The notes beneath the pieces were generated by a model. That model saw only the letters and a list, made by a program, of their open reading frames with translations. It had not been told where the DNA came from and made no database searches. From IMG/VR virus record IMGVR_UViG_2562617057_000007: a stretch of DNA of 60,252 nucleotides. One strand, given 5' to 3'. The translations under genes and the position numbers were made by a program. Position 1 is the stretch's first letter. The number at the start of each line of letters is the position of its first letter. Shown in pieces: positions 1 through 9,221 of this stretch. Source of the stretch: a virus. Taxonomy: Duplodnaviria; Heunggongvirae; Uroviricota; Caudoviricetes.

Positions 1-270
<270 letters not shown>

Positions 271-475
271 TTACCGTTAAATCATTTTAAAATCAGTAAG
301 TTGTATCGAGTTTATATGCTTTACTGTCATTAACTTACTGTATGTTGATCCAGTGTATTTAACCCTGATAAACTCAGTCCAGTAACACAAAGCCGCAACA
401 CATTGCATTTTGTCCCGTAGAAAAGACTTGTATGTGTGAGCTTGTTTTCTGCGCCTACGCAGATAAGGATTGAGA

Positions 476-1873
476 ATGCCGCGCACTGTAACACATAATC
501 CGGATAGCCCCAATAATGACGATGTTTTAGCCGCATCTGAAAAATGGGACGCCTGTAAACCCCCCTATACCAGCGCACACATGAAAATCTGTGTTGCTGC
601 CGCCAAAATCATCCTCGCTGCTTCCGGCGTGGCTCGTCGTTCCAAATACGAAAAAGAGAACTATCTCCGTATCGATTTCAGCAAAGCCGGTAAGGTTACA
701 TTTTACGCCGAGTATCCAAAAAAGATGGGCCTCAAAGGTAAAAAGCTTGGCGAGTGGCCGGAGCTCGCTATCCAGCTGGCGCGCGAAAAAGCACTAGGTA
801 TGGCTGACGGTGGACTGCGGGCAGAGTCCGTACATGCAGCGCTGGAAATGTACCGGGATGACCTCAAAGCCAAAGTCGCCCGGCAGAAGCTGAGCCCGGA
901 CAGTTTCACAACCTACGGGGTGCGTATCGACCGGATTAAAGCAACGTTCGGCGAGCGCGAGGTGTTCAGCGACGTAACATACAATCGGCTGGTGGAAGTA
1001 CTGGACGAGTGGATCGCCACTCGCTCGAACAATAACGCCCTGGAGTTGTTTGCCGAGCTCCGTCGGTTCTGGAAGTTCTGCGCACCTACTCTTTGCAACG
1101 GCCGCAATGTTGCCGCCAGTCTGCCAGATGATTATGTTTCCTCCCGCGTACAGAAACCTACCCCCACACGGCTTTTTACCGATATTGAATCAATCGCCCG
1201 ACTCTGGCTCAATGTTGCTGCCTGCACCTCTGTACACCAGAAGAATGCTGTTCGCTTCATGATCATCACCGGCGTTCGTCCGATTAATGTCCATAACCTG
1301 CGCTGGGACTACGTTCACGAGGAGACTGGCGAAATTGTTTATCCTGAAGGGGTTATCGGCATGCGAGGGGCTATGAAAACACAAAAGGCTTTCCGCCTGC
1401 CAATAACGCCGGAGATCCGGCGGATTATCGACGAGCAGAAAGCCTGGCGTGATTCAGTTCCTGAGTGCAACAGGGATTATGTATTTTTGCAGCCACGTGA
1501 TCCAATGCAGCCATTTTCAAAACGGTCACTGGATAAGCTGGTGAAAACATACAGCCCGGACGGGGCTGTAAAAGGAATAAAACATGATGGGACTGTTAAA
1601 GGGAAAGACGGTGCATTTAATACGATGTGCCGTAAATTCCTTAAGAGCAATGTTATTGCCTTGATGAAGGAAAGAGGCTATTCCCGATCAGACCGAAGGG
1701 AAATCAGCCTCCTTTGCCTTCACCACTCCAGCAAGTCAGATGACCCGATGGCAGAACATTACGACTTTTCTGATGAGATTTTACAGGAAGAGATTGCGTT
1801 AAAGCGCGAAGCTTTCGAGGCTCACGAGCGGAGCATACTTGCGCAGGTTGCATTGCTACGGCGGCGAGGTTAA
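476..1873 (+). CDS. phage-type tyrosine integrase
   Basis: about 465 aa; C-terminal region has integrase-like R (ITGVRPIN) and terminal HY motifs; AGGA-like RBS before ATG at 476 (ORF track begins at TTG 470); converges on an AlpA-like gene. Confidence 0.75.
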   Translation: MPRTVTHNPDSPNNDDVLAASEKWDACKPPYTSAHMKICVAAAKIILAASGVARRSKYEKENYLRIDFSKAGKVTFYAEYPKKMGLKGKKLGEWPELAIQLAREKALGMADGGLRAESVHAALEMYRDDLKAKVARQKLSPDSFTTYGVRIDRIKATFGEREVFSDVTYNRLVEVLDEWIATRSNNNALELFAELRRFWKFCAPTLCNGRNVAASLPDDYVSSRVQKPTPTRLFTDIESIARLWLNVAACTSVHQKNAVRFMIITGVRPINVHNLRWDYVHEETGEIVYPEGVIGMRGAMKTQKAFRLPITPEIRRIIDEQKAWRDSVPECNRDYVFLQPRDPMQPFSKRSLDKLVKTYSPDGAVKGIKHDGTVKGKDGAFNTMCRKFLKSNVIALMKERGYSRSDRREISLLCLHHSSKSDDPMAEHYDFSDEILQEEIALKREAFEAHERSILAQVALLRRRG

Positions 1874-2070
1874 TACTGGCTGCGACACTTTTGAATAAAA
1901 GCGTCGACATTTCGGCGCTCATAACGAACTACTTTTGCACTGAAACGAATTGGTGCCAGGATAGCCCGATGACGATGCTTAATATTCCACTCACATAGCG
2001 TTTTTTGTGTAATACCTAACTTTTGGCATACTTCATCCGGGGTGAGTAAATCGTCGGGTTTCTCGCTCAT
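1870..2070 (-). CDS. AlpA-family excisionase-like DNA-binding protein
   Basis: 66 aa small HTH protein (LTPDEVCQKLGITQKTLCEW), typical size and position next to an integrase; 4 nt overlap with upstream helicase gene. Confidence 0.7.
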   Translation of the reverse strand: MSEKPDDLLTPDEVCQKLGITQKTLCEWNIKHRHRAILAPIRFSAKVVRYERRNVDAFIQKCRSQY

Positions 2071-3461
2071 GCTATACCTCTCTTTTTCATGGCATCGAGC
2101 AGGATGTCCTGCACTGTTCGTTTTGAGTTGCGCCGCTCCATCACCATTTCGTCCATAGTGTCGGCAGCAATAATGTGGTGAATAAATACCGGACGATTGT
2201 GTCCGGCCTGTATCTGCCTGGTGGGGCCGATACGTTCAATAATTTGCTGATACTGCTCCAGGTCCCACCAGTGTGAGAAAAATACCAGTATATTTCCGCC
2301 GTCCTGCATGTTCAGACCGTGGCCCGCGCTGGCTGGGTGTGCAAAGAGAACAGGAATCTTTCCGGAATTCCAGTCACGTAGTGTCTGTGGATCCTGGTCG
2401 AGGTGACGACCGCGAGGAAATGCTTTAAGCAAGCGTTCAAGATCGTGTTTCCAGTGATAAGCAACCAGCACAGGCGCGCCAGCTGCTTCGGTCAGTATGC
2501 TGTCCAGCGCCTGTAGTTTGGTGTCATGCAGTTCTGACCAACTTCCGGTGTCGTCTGTGTATACTGCGCCACTGGCGATTTGAAGACACTTTTGCGTCTT
2601 TGCCGCAGCGTTTGGCGCTTCGATGCTTTCGCCGTTCAGCTCGAGGAACATTTCCTTTTCCATTTCACGATACTGCTGACGTGCCTTCGGCGGCATATCC
2701 ACGCGGACCACGTTATGAACGGGCTCTCTGACATCGAACCAGTCGGCCGCATCCAGCGAGAGGGTCACATCGGCTAACGCTCGCTGTATTTCAGCCTGTG
2801 AGTGAGCAAACGGCTCCAGTTTGGTCCAGCTCTGCCCCGGAAACTGTATCGAGTTGAACCAGCGTGAGGTAAACGCGCCGTAAGTGCGCCCGAGACGTTG
2901 CCCCTGGTCCACAAACCACGATTGTCCCCACAAATCTACCAGGCCGTTCGGTGCTGGCGTACCAGTGAGATTTATCCAGCGCCGGACATACTTATGCGCC
3001 ACTTTGCCCAGCGCCGCCGCGCGCTTACCACCACCTCGCAGCCGGAAGGATTTTAGCCGGGTGCTTTCATCTGGAATGACAGTACCGAACGGCCATTGTT
3101 CTCCCAATTCTTCAACCAGCCAGACAAGGTTATCGTAGTTGATGGTGAACACGCTTGCGTTGCTGTTCGCCAGCGCCGTAGAGCGCGCTTTGGCATTACC
3201 AACAATCGGCTGTACCTCGATATTGCGCAGATGCTCCCATTTCAGCGCTTCATCCGGCCATGTGCTTGCTGCAACGCGTAGCGGCGCGAGGACCAGCGCG
3301 GGGCGTGTTTCTGTTCCAGCCATGAAAAGATCTTCCAGCGTGGTGAGTGTTGCTACGGTTTTACCCATTCCCATCCCCGCCCAGATGTTGCCGCGCAGGG
3401 TTTCGATTTGGTGATTGATGATCAGGTCTTGATACGGGCGGGGGGTGAAAATTTGTCCCAT
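2067..3461 (-). CDS. SNF2-family helicase-like ATPase
   Basis: 464 aa; Walker A GMGKT, DExx box (IPDESTR), LTGTP motif, C-terminal helicase motifs (HPASAGHGLN, QQIIERIGPTRQ). Confidence 0.8.
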   Translation of the reverse strand: MGQIFTPRPYQDLIINHQIETLRGNIWAGMGMGKTVATLTTLEDLFMAGTETRPALVLAPLRVAASTWPDEALKWEHLRNIEVQPIVGNAKARSTALANSNASVFTINYDNLVWLVEELGEQWPFGTVIPDESTRLKSFRLRGGGKRAAALGKVAHKYVRRWINLTGTPAPNGLVDLWGQSWFVDQGQRLGRTYGAFTSRWFNSIQFPGQSWTKLEPFAHSQAEIQRALADVTLSLDAADWFDVREPVHNVVRVDMPPKARQQYREMEKEMFLELNGESIEAPNAAAKTQKCLQIASGAVYTDDTGSWSELHDTKLQALDSILTEAAGAPVLVAYHWKHDLERLLKAFPRGRHLDQDPQTLRDWNSGKIPVLFAHPASAGHGLNMQDGGNILVFFSHWWDLEQYQQIIERIGPTRQIQAGHNRPVFIHHIIAADTMDEMVMERRNSKRTVQDILLDAMKKRGIA

Positions 3462-3504
3462 AGTGTTTTAGCCAGTAGGGCGCGGGTAATCCCGCGCAAT
3501 AATG

Positions 3505-4311
3505 TCAGATTAGATCGGTGTAGTAGGTGAAGTTGCCAAACTGCGGATGTGTCCAGCGCTTGCGGTTACCTTTCGGCGGTGTCGATTCGTTTAACAGCTT
3601 TTGAGCTGCTTGTTCGATCGCTGGGAGCTTAACGAGCAATCCCCGAACACCGGTGTCTGAACGTACCGGTATCCTGGCGAAGCCGATCAATTTCCGGCAT
3701 GTTGAATCAGATAAACCTGTTTTCCATGCTGCTTTGCTGACGGGGACATATTCACCGTTACTGTGTGGTTGTGACTCTCTGACTTGTTGTTTTAAGTCTT
3801 CTACCCAGTTGGTTTCATGTCCCAGAGTTGAAAGCGTTACGTTTTGAACTTGCCGGGGAGCCATCACTTCGACAATTGCTTTCATCGTTGCGGATGCCGT
3901 AGCTTCTGCAACGACACGGGCAAACTGAACGATGTTGTCGTTTACCTGAATTGCAGGAGTTGGCACTGGTAATGATGCCGGACGAGGTTGCTCTAATTCA
4001 ATCTTCATCGCCTGCCACTGTTCGATGAGTGCCAGCCGGCGTTTTGCGTCGTAACCGGTGACGAGAGTCATGGAAAGATTTTCATCAAGCCAAATCTCGT
4101 CGATGACATCACGTCCCTTGTATTCTTTGCGCTTGATAATAAATCCTTTAAAATCATCATAATCCAAATCTGGACTATAGATTTGTAACTGTTCAAGCAT
4201 AGCCAGAATATCCCGTACAACATGCTTATGCTGTTTGCCAGTGACTTCTGCAATTTTCCGGCTGCCCATCATTGGTTGCTTGGTATCGTTTATCAGTGTT
4301 AAAGTATTCAT
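3505..4311 (-). CDS. Rha-family phage regulatory protein (antirepressor-like)
   Basis: N-terminal Rha signature GSRKIAEVTGKQHKHVVRDI; start placed at MNTLTL (ORF track extends to 4353). Confidence 0.7.
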   Translation of the reverse strand: MNTLTLINDTKQPMMGSRKIAEVTGKQHKHVVRDILAMLEQLQIYSPDLDYDDFKGFIIKRKEYKGRDVIDEIWLDENLSMTLVTGYDAKRRLALIEQWQAMKIELEQPRPASLPVPTPAIQVNDNIVQFARVVAEATASATMKAIVEVMAPRQVQNVTLSTLGHETNWVEDLKQQVRESQPHSNGEYVPVSKAAWKTGLSDSTCRKLIGFARIPVRSDTGVRGLLVKLPAIEQAAQKLLNESTPPKGNRKRWTHPQFGNFTYYTDLI

Positions 4312-4370
4312 GCTGTATTCTTCATTCAGTAAAAGATGCGCTGGTAGCTGCAACTATCAGCGCGTTTTGT

Positions 4371-4547
4371 TTATTCATCCCACGGCTTGTTTGCAGCTTC
4401 CCTTGCGGCCTGCTGCGCAAAATAAATCAATTCAAAAGCTAACTGCTCTCCTTTTTCCAGCGAACTGAGAAGTCTTGCTGTTTCCAGCATGTCCGCGATA
4501 TACCCGAAAATATCTGCCTGATGTAACTGCGTGATCTGAATAGCCAT
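4371..4547 (-). CDS. hypothetical small protein, first gene of leftward operon
   Basis: 58 aa from MAIQITQLH; GAGGT RBS 8 nt upstream; longer ORF to 4619 would read through the operator palindromes. Confidence 0.45.
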   Translation of the reverse strand: MAIQITQLHQADIFGYIADMLETARLLSSLEKGEQLAFELIYFAQQAAREAANKPWDE

Positions 4548-4563
4548 AGCGTTAACCTCGATA

Positions 4564-4627
4564 GAACCACGGTGGTTCATTTTTAGTAAACCACCGTGGT
4601 TCATTGATGTCAACACCACCGTGGTGC
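4564..4627. promoter_or_regulatory. three 15 bp operator-like palindromes in divergent promoter region
   Basis: GAACCAC-G-GTGGTTC (4564..4578), AAACCAC-C-GTGGTTC (4588..4602), ACACCAC-C-GTGGTGC (4613..4627), centres about 24 bp apart; overlapping candidate -35 TTGATG (4604..4609) and -10 CATAAT (4626..4631) for the rightward gene. Confidence 0.6.
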
Positions 4628-4661
4628 ATAATTTGGTGATTGAGTTTATGAGGTGTTTGCT

Positions 4662-5006
4662 ATGAGTCGTGAAGATGCACAGATGAAGATCCGTTTACCT
4701 GCGGAGCTGAAAGCGCAGTTAGAAAAAGCAGCTCTGGAAAATAAGCGGTCTATGAATGCGGAAGTACTCCATCGTCTCAAAGAAAGCTTTAATGTTTTAG
4801 TTCACATAACATATAAAGATTCCGAGGGGGAGTTATCAGATAGTAATACCTGGAAGCGTTTTTTGGAATCATCTGAACATGGTGATGAATATAAAAAAGG
4901 CTTTGTTAAGCTTGTCAAAGAAAAATATAAACTTGATAAGGAAAATGAGAGGTTATATAGCTTAATTATAAGCTATTTGAACCCCACAAAGAGTGAAGAT
5001 GATTAG
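4662..5006 (+). CDS. ribbon-helix-helix (Arc/MetJ-like) DNA-binding protein with AT-rich C-terminal extension
   Basis: N-terminus MSREDAQMKIRLPAELKAQLEKAALENKRSMNAEVLHRLKESF is a classic RHH fold signature; GAGGTG RBS 6 nt before ATG 4662. Confidence 0.7.
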   Translation: MSREDAQMKIRLPAELKAQLEKAALENKRSMNAEVLHRLKESFNVLVHITYKDSEGELSDSNTWKRFLESSEHGDEYKKGFVKLVKEKYKLDKENERLYSLIISYLNPTKSEDD

Positions 5007-5136
5007 TTTGTGTTTGTAAGTCTGAATAATATTTCTGCATTTACTGAACGCATATTTTTCTTTGCTGTTTTCTTTAACTCCTCCGCTAATGCGCGGGGGA
5101 CCCGTAATTTAAACTGTAAGTGCTCATCTGATTTTT

Positions 5137-5406
5137 TCACAATATTCCCTCCAGATTTTTGCTATCCAGCACCACTACGGTAAAGCCCAGTTTTCGCAGA
5201 CGTTCATGTTCGCGCAATTGGTCAGGCCGTGGTGGCTTGCCGGGAGATTTACATTCAACGAAAACGATACGACCACCTGGTAGCAGGACAATGCGATCCG
5301 GTACCGAGCGGTGACCGGGAGATACAAACTTAAAGGCCACTCCGCCAGCTTTTTTCACTTCAGCGACGAGGTGCTTTTCGATAAGGCTTTCACGTTCATA
5401 GGCCAT
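5137..5406 (-). CDS. VRR-NUC domain nuclease
   Basis: PD-(D/E)xK-type motif region DRIVLLPGGRIVFVECKSPG; start placed at MAYERE. Confidence 0.75.
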   Translation of the reverse strand: MAYERESLIEKHLVAEVKKAGGVAFKFVSPGHRSVPDRIVLLPGGRIVFVECKSPGKPPRPDQLREHERLRKLGFTVVVLDSKNLEGIL

Positions 5407-5695
5407 CTGAATCCCACTCTTCAAAAAGCACATTCAATTCCAGTTTCTCTGCCAACGCGTTTTCTGCACGTGCGCCAGCAGAGTACTCCCACTCTTTGAG
5501 CATATAAATCGTATCGGCACAGCGAAGCATTGCGAGGCAGATGTCCATATACTGAGCCTGTGTCAAACCATTGGGTAAAGTTGCGGGGTTAAGCACAACA
5601 TATCCCTTGTCCGTTAGCCTCTTTGCTGCGGAATGAAAAGCCGGGCGGTTAAATTGTTCGTAACCGCTCATAGGCCCGGCAACGTAAACGATCAT
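5396..5695 (-). CDS. DUF4406 (nucleoside deoxyribosyltransferase-like) phage protein
   Basis: N-terminus MIVYVAGPMSGYEQFNRPAFHSAAKRL matches DUF4406 pattern. Confidence 0.7.
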   Translation of the reverse strand: MIVYVAGPMSGYEQFNRPAFHSAAKRLTDKGYVVLNPATLPNGLTQAQYMDICLAMLRCADTIYMLKEWEYSAGARAENALAEKLELNVLFEEWDSDGL

Positions 5696-5907
5696 TCTTC
5701 GACCGCCTTACGCTTTTCACGCATATTCTGCATCAGGCAAAAATCAGATCTGCGTTCACTCCATTCCTGATTCAGTTCGTGATGTGATTCGCGGTTGGCT
5801 TTTGCCCAGGCCTTCGCTGCCCGGTCATATTCGCCGGACTGCTCAAGGCGCAAGGCCTCCCTCGCAGCCCGGTAATAAAGTGGGCTGTCCCGATATTTAA
5901 ATGACAT
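5692..5907 (-). CDS. hypothetical phage protein
   Basis: 71 aa ORF translationally coupled (4 nt overlap) to downstream gene; no recognised motif. Confidence 0.5.
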   Translation of the reverse strand: MSFKYRDSPLYYRAAREALRLEQSGEYDRAAKAWAKANRESHHELNQEWSERRSDFCLMQNMREKRKAVEE

Positions 5908-5959
5908 AGCTTTCGAGTCCTGTAAAAAGCCCCTGACTGAGCAGGGGCGAATTGAAGGA

Positions 5960-6724
5960 TTAACGGGGTAACTCTGGTGGAATATATCTGCCGATGCGGT
6001 CTTCTATGGTCGGCAGAATGCACATGCTGTCGTTAAAGCGGTCATGCAGTTTGTAGACCAGTTTCGAATCCATTTTTTCGAGAGCAGGCATTAACTGCGC
6101 TCGCCAGATTTCATTAATACGTCGGAAGTTATGACAGACGGCGCGGAGATTGTTGATGAACATTTCCTTCTCTGCGTCATTGATTGCTGTCTGCACTTTC
6201 TGAATACGCTTTGTGCTGCCGTTCCGGTAAAAGTCCTTCTGCGCAGCGACAGCCTCATCCACGGATGGATAACACCCTACGTAAACGCTTTTCTCTCCGT
6301 TCCATGCGTAGGCTCTGTACGGGTTGTATTTGCTCTGGTGATGGTAAACCATCTTCGGCAGGCACTCCCTGTGCGGCGCCAGTATCGTGGAGGACTGCTG
6401 GTGCAGTTTGCGTTCGCATTCGATGAAGTATCGGCGTATCTGGCGACCTTTTTCGTTACGCTCGACCATCGCCAGTTCTTTGGCTGTATCGAGGGTGAGG
6501 TGGTAGTCCTTACAAAGAACATTTTTACGCTTTCCAGTTTTGGAAAACGTTACGATATAATCATGATTTTCAACGAATTTATAGTCTGCAATTCGTGATG
6601 TAATCCATGCTGCAAACACTTTCCCTACCCCAAGGAATGCGTGCAGATCGCGAGCATTGCAGAGCAGGGTGATTTCGTTGGCGATAGCGCCGTTGAAAAC
6701 GGGGATGAGTTGAGCTGCCATCAC
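5960..6724 (-). CDS. AntA-domain antirepressor-like protein
   Basis: AntA signature DYHLTLDTAKELAMVERNEKGRQIRRYFIECE in N-terminal half. Confidence 0.8.
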   Translation of the reverse strand: MMAAQLIPVFNGAIANEITLLCNARDLHAFLGVGKVFAAWITSRIADYKFVENHDYIVTFSKTGKRKNVLCKDYHLTLDTAKELAMVERNEKGRQIRRYFIECERKLHQQSSTILAPHRECLPKMVYHHQSKYNPYRAYAWNGEKSVYVGCYPSVDEAVAAQKDFYRNGSTKRIQKVQTAINDAEKEMFINNLRAVCHNFRRINEIWRAQLMPALEKMDSKLVYKLHDRFNDSMCILPTIEDRIGRYIPPELPR

Positions 6725-6884
6725 AGTTACCTCTAACGGTGAAATTCACCGCCACCACTGAGTTGCAAATCTCATATGGGTGGCGAACTGACGAGGTTTG
6801 CAATACCGGCGTTAGAGGAAACCGGCGCGCCGAAGCGCCCCCGCCAGCCCGCCATAATGCGAACGTGGCAAAGCTTGCGACAAT

Positions 6885-6904
6885 AAAAAAGACGCTGGCG
6901 CGTC
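6885..6904 (-). terminator. candidate rho-independent terminator
   Basis: minus-strand hairpin GACGC-GCCA-GCGTC followed by TTTTTTATT; lies downstream of the PolA fragment. Confidence 0.4.
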
Positions 6905-7202
6905 TGGTGTCGCCCCTAACAATTCCGGGTTGCAAATCCCGATCTCCATTTGGGAGATTCGGTGAGCATAAACCGGAAGGGGGTGATGAGTCAATATCGG
7001 GGTAGCAGGGCGGTCGGGTACTTGAACACCGCAGCAAGTCGGCCCGTATCCTTAGCCTTTCGGCTGTTTTTCGGTATACGCGCTACCCGACCATATCTGA
7101 AAATGGACATAAAAAATCCGCATGACTGACGGGCGCGGTTTCCGCTTGCTGTGGTGTGTTCAGCACCATGAAGCGGAATATACCTATTGGTCATCGCGGA
7201 TG

Positions 7203-8135
7203 TCAATCTTTCCGGTATCTGTAAGATTCGAATCCTCCGGCGTTTAGTGGAATGCTCGTGGCCCAGTCAGGAACGGTTGCCAGTAACTGGCTGACATGTT
7301 CTGCTGAGTAATCGGGTGAGTCAGGGGCCTCACTTATAATTTCATCGTGTACCGTCAGCACAATGCTGTAACCGGCATCTTCGATAAGCGGCATGTTTCC
7401 GGCCAGAACGTCGCGGGCGGCCGCCTGGGTGACGTTCTCCACCAGCTTTCCGCCGTAGGTTTTGAGTCGTTGCCATTTACGCGAATAAGAGTTAACACCC
7501 ATATAGGTGATATTCCCTTTTTCGATAACCGGAGACGGGTAGCATACAGCGCGTCCGGATGGTAGCTGTATGCGCAGCCACGCGCCATCGCGGCGGATTT
7601 TAAGATAACCGCAATACAATGTTTTTTGCGGTGTGGCGATTGCAGTGCGGACGGTGCGCTCCAGTTCGTACCAGAAATCGCAGGTCGCCGGGTGCGCCCT
7701 GCGCCAGAGACGTTTAAGTGAGTCGCAGGCGATAAATACCCGTTCAGAAAGGCCGTAGGTTGACTTACGTTTAACCGATTCGTAGTACCAGCTTTTCGCC
7801 TCGCGGATAACATCGCGGGGAATGTTTGGCAGTGCGGCGTTCGCCAGCTCGTCGAGATCGAGACTGTAAACCAGTGCAAAAGTGATGAAGGCCGACACAC
7901 CACCACCGTACCCGCAGTTGTGAACGATTAAATGTCCTGAGTCGGTTTTAATCGTGAATCTGTTTCGAGGCCCCGCATGTGCAATGTCGTAAACATCGCT
8001 CCAGCTCGTCGATACGTTTTTGCAGGTCTGCGATTTTTCTTCTGTTGCGGTTATTGTCTGCTTTGGAGACGAACTGGATATTACCCGGTTCGTAGCCTTT
8101 GTTATTGTCGATGCGATCCATTTCCAACTACCCAA
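7203..8135 (-). pseudogene. C-terminal fragment of a family A (PolA-type) DNA polymerase
   Basis: Contains Pol I motif B-like GYGGGVSAF, NxxQG-AAD-like VTQAAARDV and motif C LTVHDEI; N-terminal exonuclease and most of the polymerase domain absent; first about 40 codons of the ORF lack homology. Confidence 0.6.
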
Positions 8136-8297
8136 ACTTCATTGGCTGAAAGTGTTGGCATGCGCCAGCAGTCTGTTCAATACCTTGAGTCCGGACGCGC
8201 CACCCGTACCGGTTTCATCCTTGAATTGGCAAAAGTTCTGAAATGCGATCCTGACTGGCTATTAAACGGCGAAAATTCAGAGCAGCAAAAGGTGTAA
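8100..8297 (+). pseudogene. HTH XRE-family regulator fragment (helix 1 missing)
   Basis: TQTSLAESVGMRQQSVQYLESGRATRTGFILELAKVLKCDPDWLLNGE is a helix-turn-helix core, but upstream in-frame sequence is Cys/Phe-rich and non-HTH-like; no convincing start. Confidence 0.4.
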
Positions 8298-8300
8298 CCC

Positions 8301-8793
8301 ATGGCTGATAACAAACCATGGGGAGCTACGCCCGATGAGTGGTTCCACTTCGATCTGGTGTTGGGGATGACAGACAGGCTTTTACCTGTGGTGTCCAATC
8401 CCTGTGCAGAACTGTCGCCTAATAGCAAGCTGTCTCATAATTTCGGCAAAACTCCCTGTCGCTACAATGGCCAACGTAAGGTCGTTGGTATAATTCGCTG
8501 CGTATACAGACCTGTCGTTGCAGGTCAAAGGTAATATTGGCGCATCAATGAAGGCTCAACTTGGCATCAGGATTGAACGAGAATTGTACAGTGAAGATGT
8601 TACTTACTGTGATTCAGCAGTTCAGTTGATGTGGACACTCTTTCAGGCAGGTGTTCTGGCCGAACGAAGAGCTACCAGCGTTACGCTTCCTGCGCTGAAG
8701 GCAAAGCCGGATAGCTTCTACGATGCGGGTTATAACGAAGGTATTCAGGACTGTCGTAAACATCTGACGGCATCAGGCATCAAGGTAAGATAA
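8301..8793 (+). pseudogene. hypothetical phage protein split into two overlapping frames (8301..8534 and 8518..8793)
   Basis: two consecutive ORFs in different frames overlapping by 17 nt, suggesting a frameshifted gene; function not recognised. Confidence 0.35.
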
Positions 8794-8860
8794 AAAATAG
8801 TTGTGGAATTCCAAAAAGCCGATTAGCCTGATATCCGTTGAAAACAGTTCATCACGAAGA

Positions 8861-8884
8861 GGCTTCCGCAAGGGGGCCTTTTTT
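8861..8884 (+). terminator. rho-independent terminator
   Basis: GGCTTCC-GCAA-GGGGGCC hairpin (GNRA-type loop, two G-U pairs) followed by TTTTTT. Confidence 0.55.
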
Positions 8885-9221
8885 ATTGCCCCATTCTGGG
8901 GAAAAGTTAATAAAACAGGGCTTTCGCTGCGAAAAAACGCTATGCAGTTTTTGCCCTTTTTTATGCACCTTTTATTCACTCGAATTTCGTCATTCTGGAC
9001 CACTTAAGTTGATTAAATAGGCCTTTCATCGCAAATCTATTGCGAGCGGGGATCGTGTGGTTCCTATAATGTATATTATGTTAAATCATGTTGACTGTTA
9101 ACTTACTTCATGAACCAAGATGGTTCGCATAAAATCATAGGGTTAAGTCCCCCCTTAATCTTTCGTTTGCTGGCATTATGTTTAAGAGCTATTTTCTTCA
9201 TATCCATGAACTTCTCTGAGG

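Noticed and set aside
470-475. Integrase start at TTG 470 as given by the ORF track
   Set aside because: ATG at 476 has a better-placed AGGA-type RBS; the difference is two codons.
6925-6960. tRNA-like T-arm sequence GGGTTGCAAATCCCG
   Set aside because: Could not build a complete cloverleaf (no acceptor stem or anticodon arm in register); likely a coincidental hairpin.
6579-7037. 152 aa minus-strand ORF and overlapping 88 aa plus-strand ORF in the GC-rich intergenic segment
   Set aside because: Composition is Arg/Pro/Cys-rich with no motif and no RBS context; mutually overlapping frames in a hairpin-rich region look like chance ORFs.
7355-7906. 183 aa minus-strand ORF inside the polymerase fragment in another frame
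   Set aside because: Fully overlapped by the frame carrying recognisable PolA motifs.
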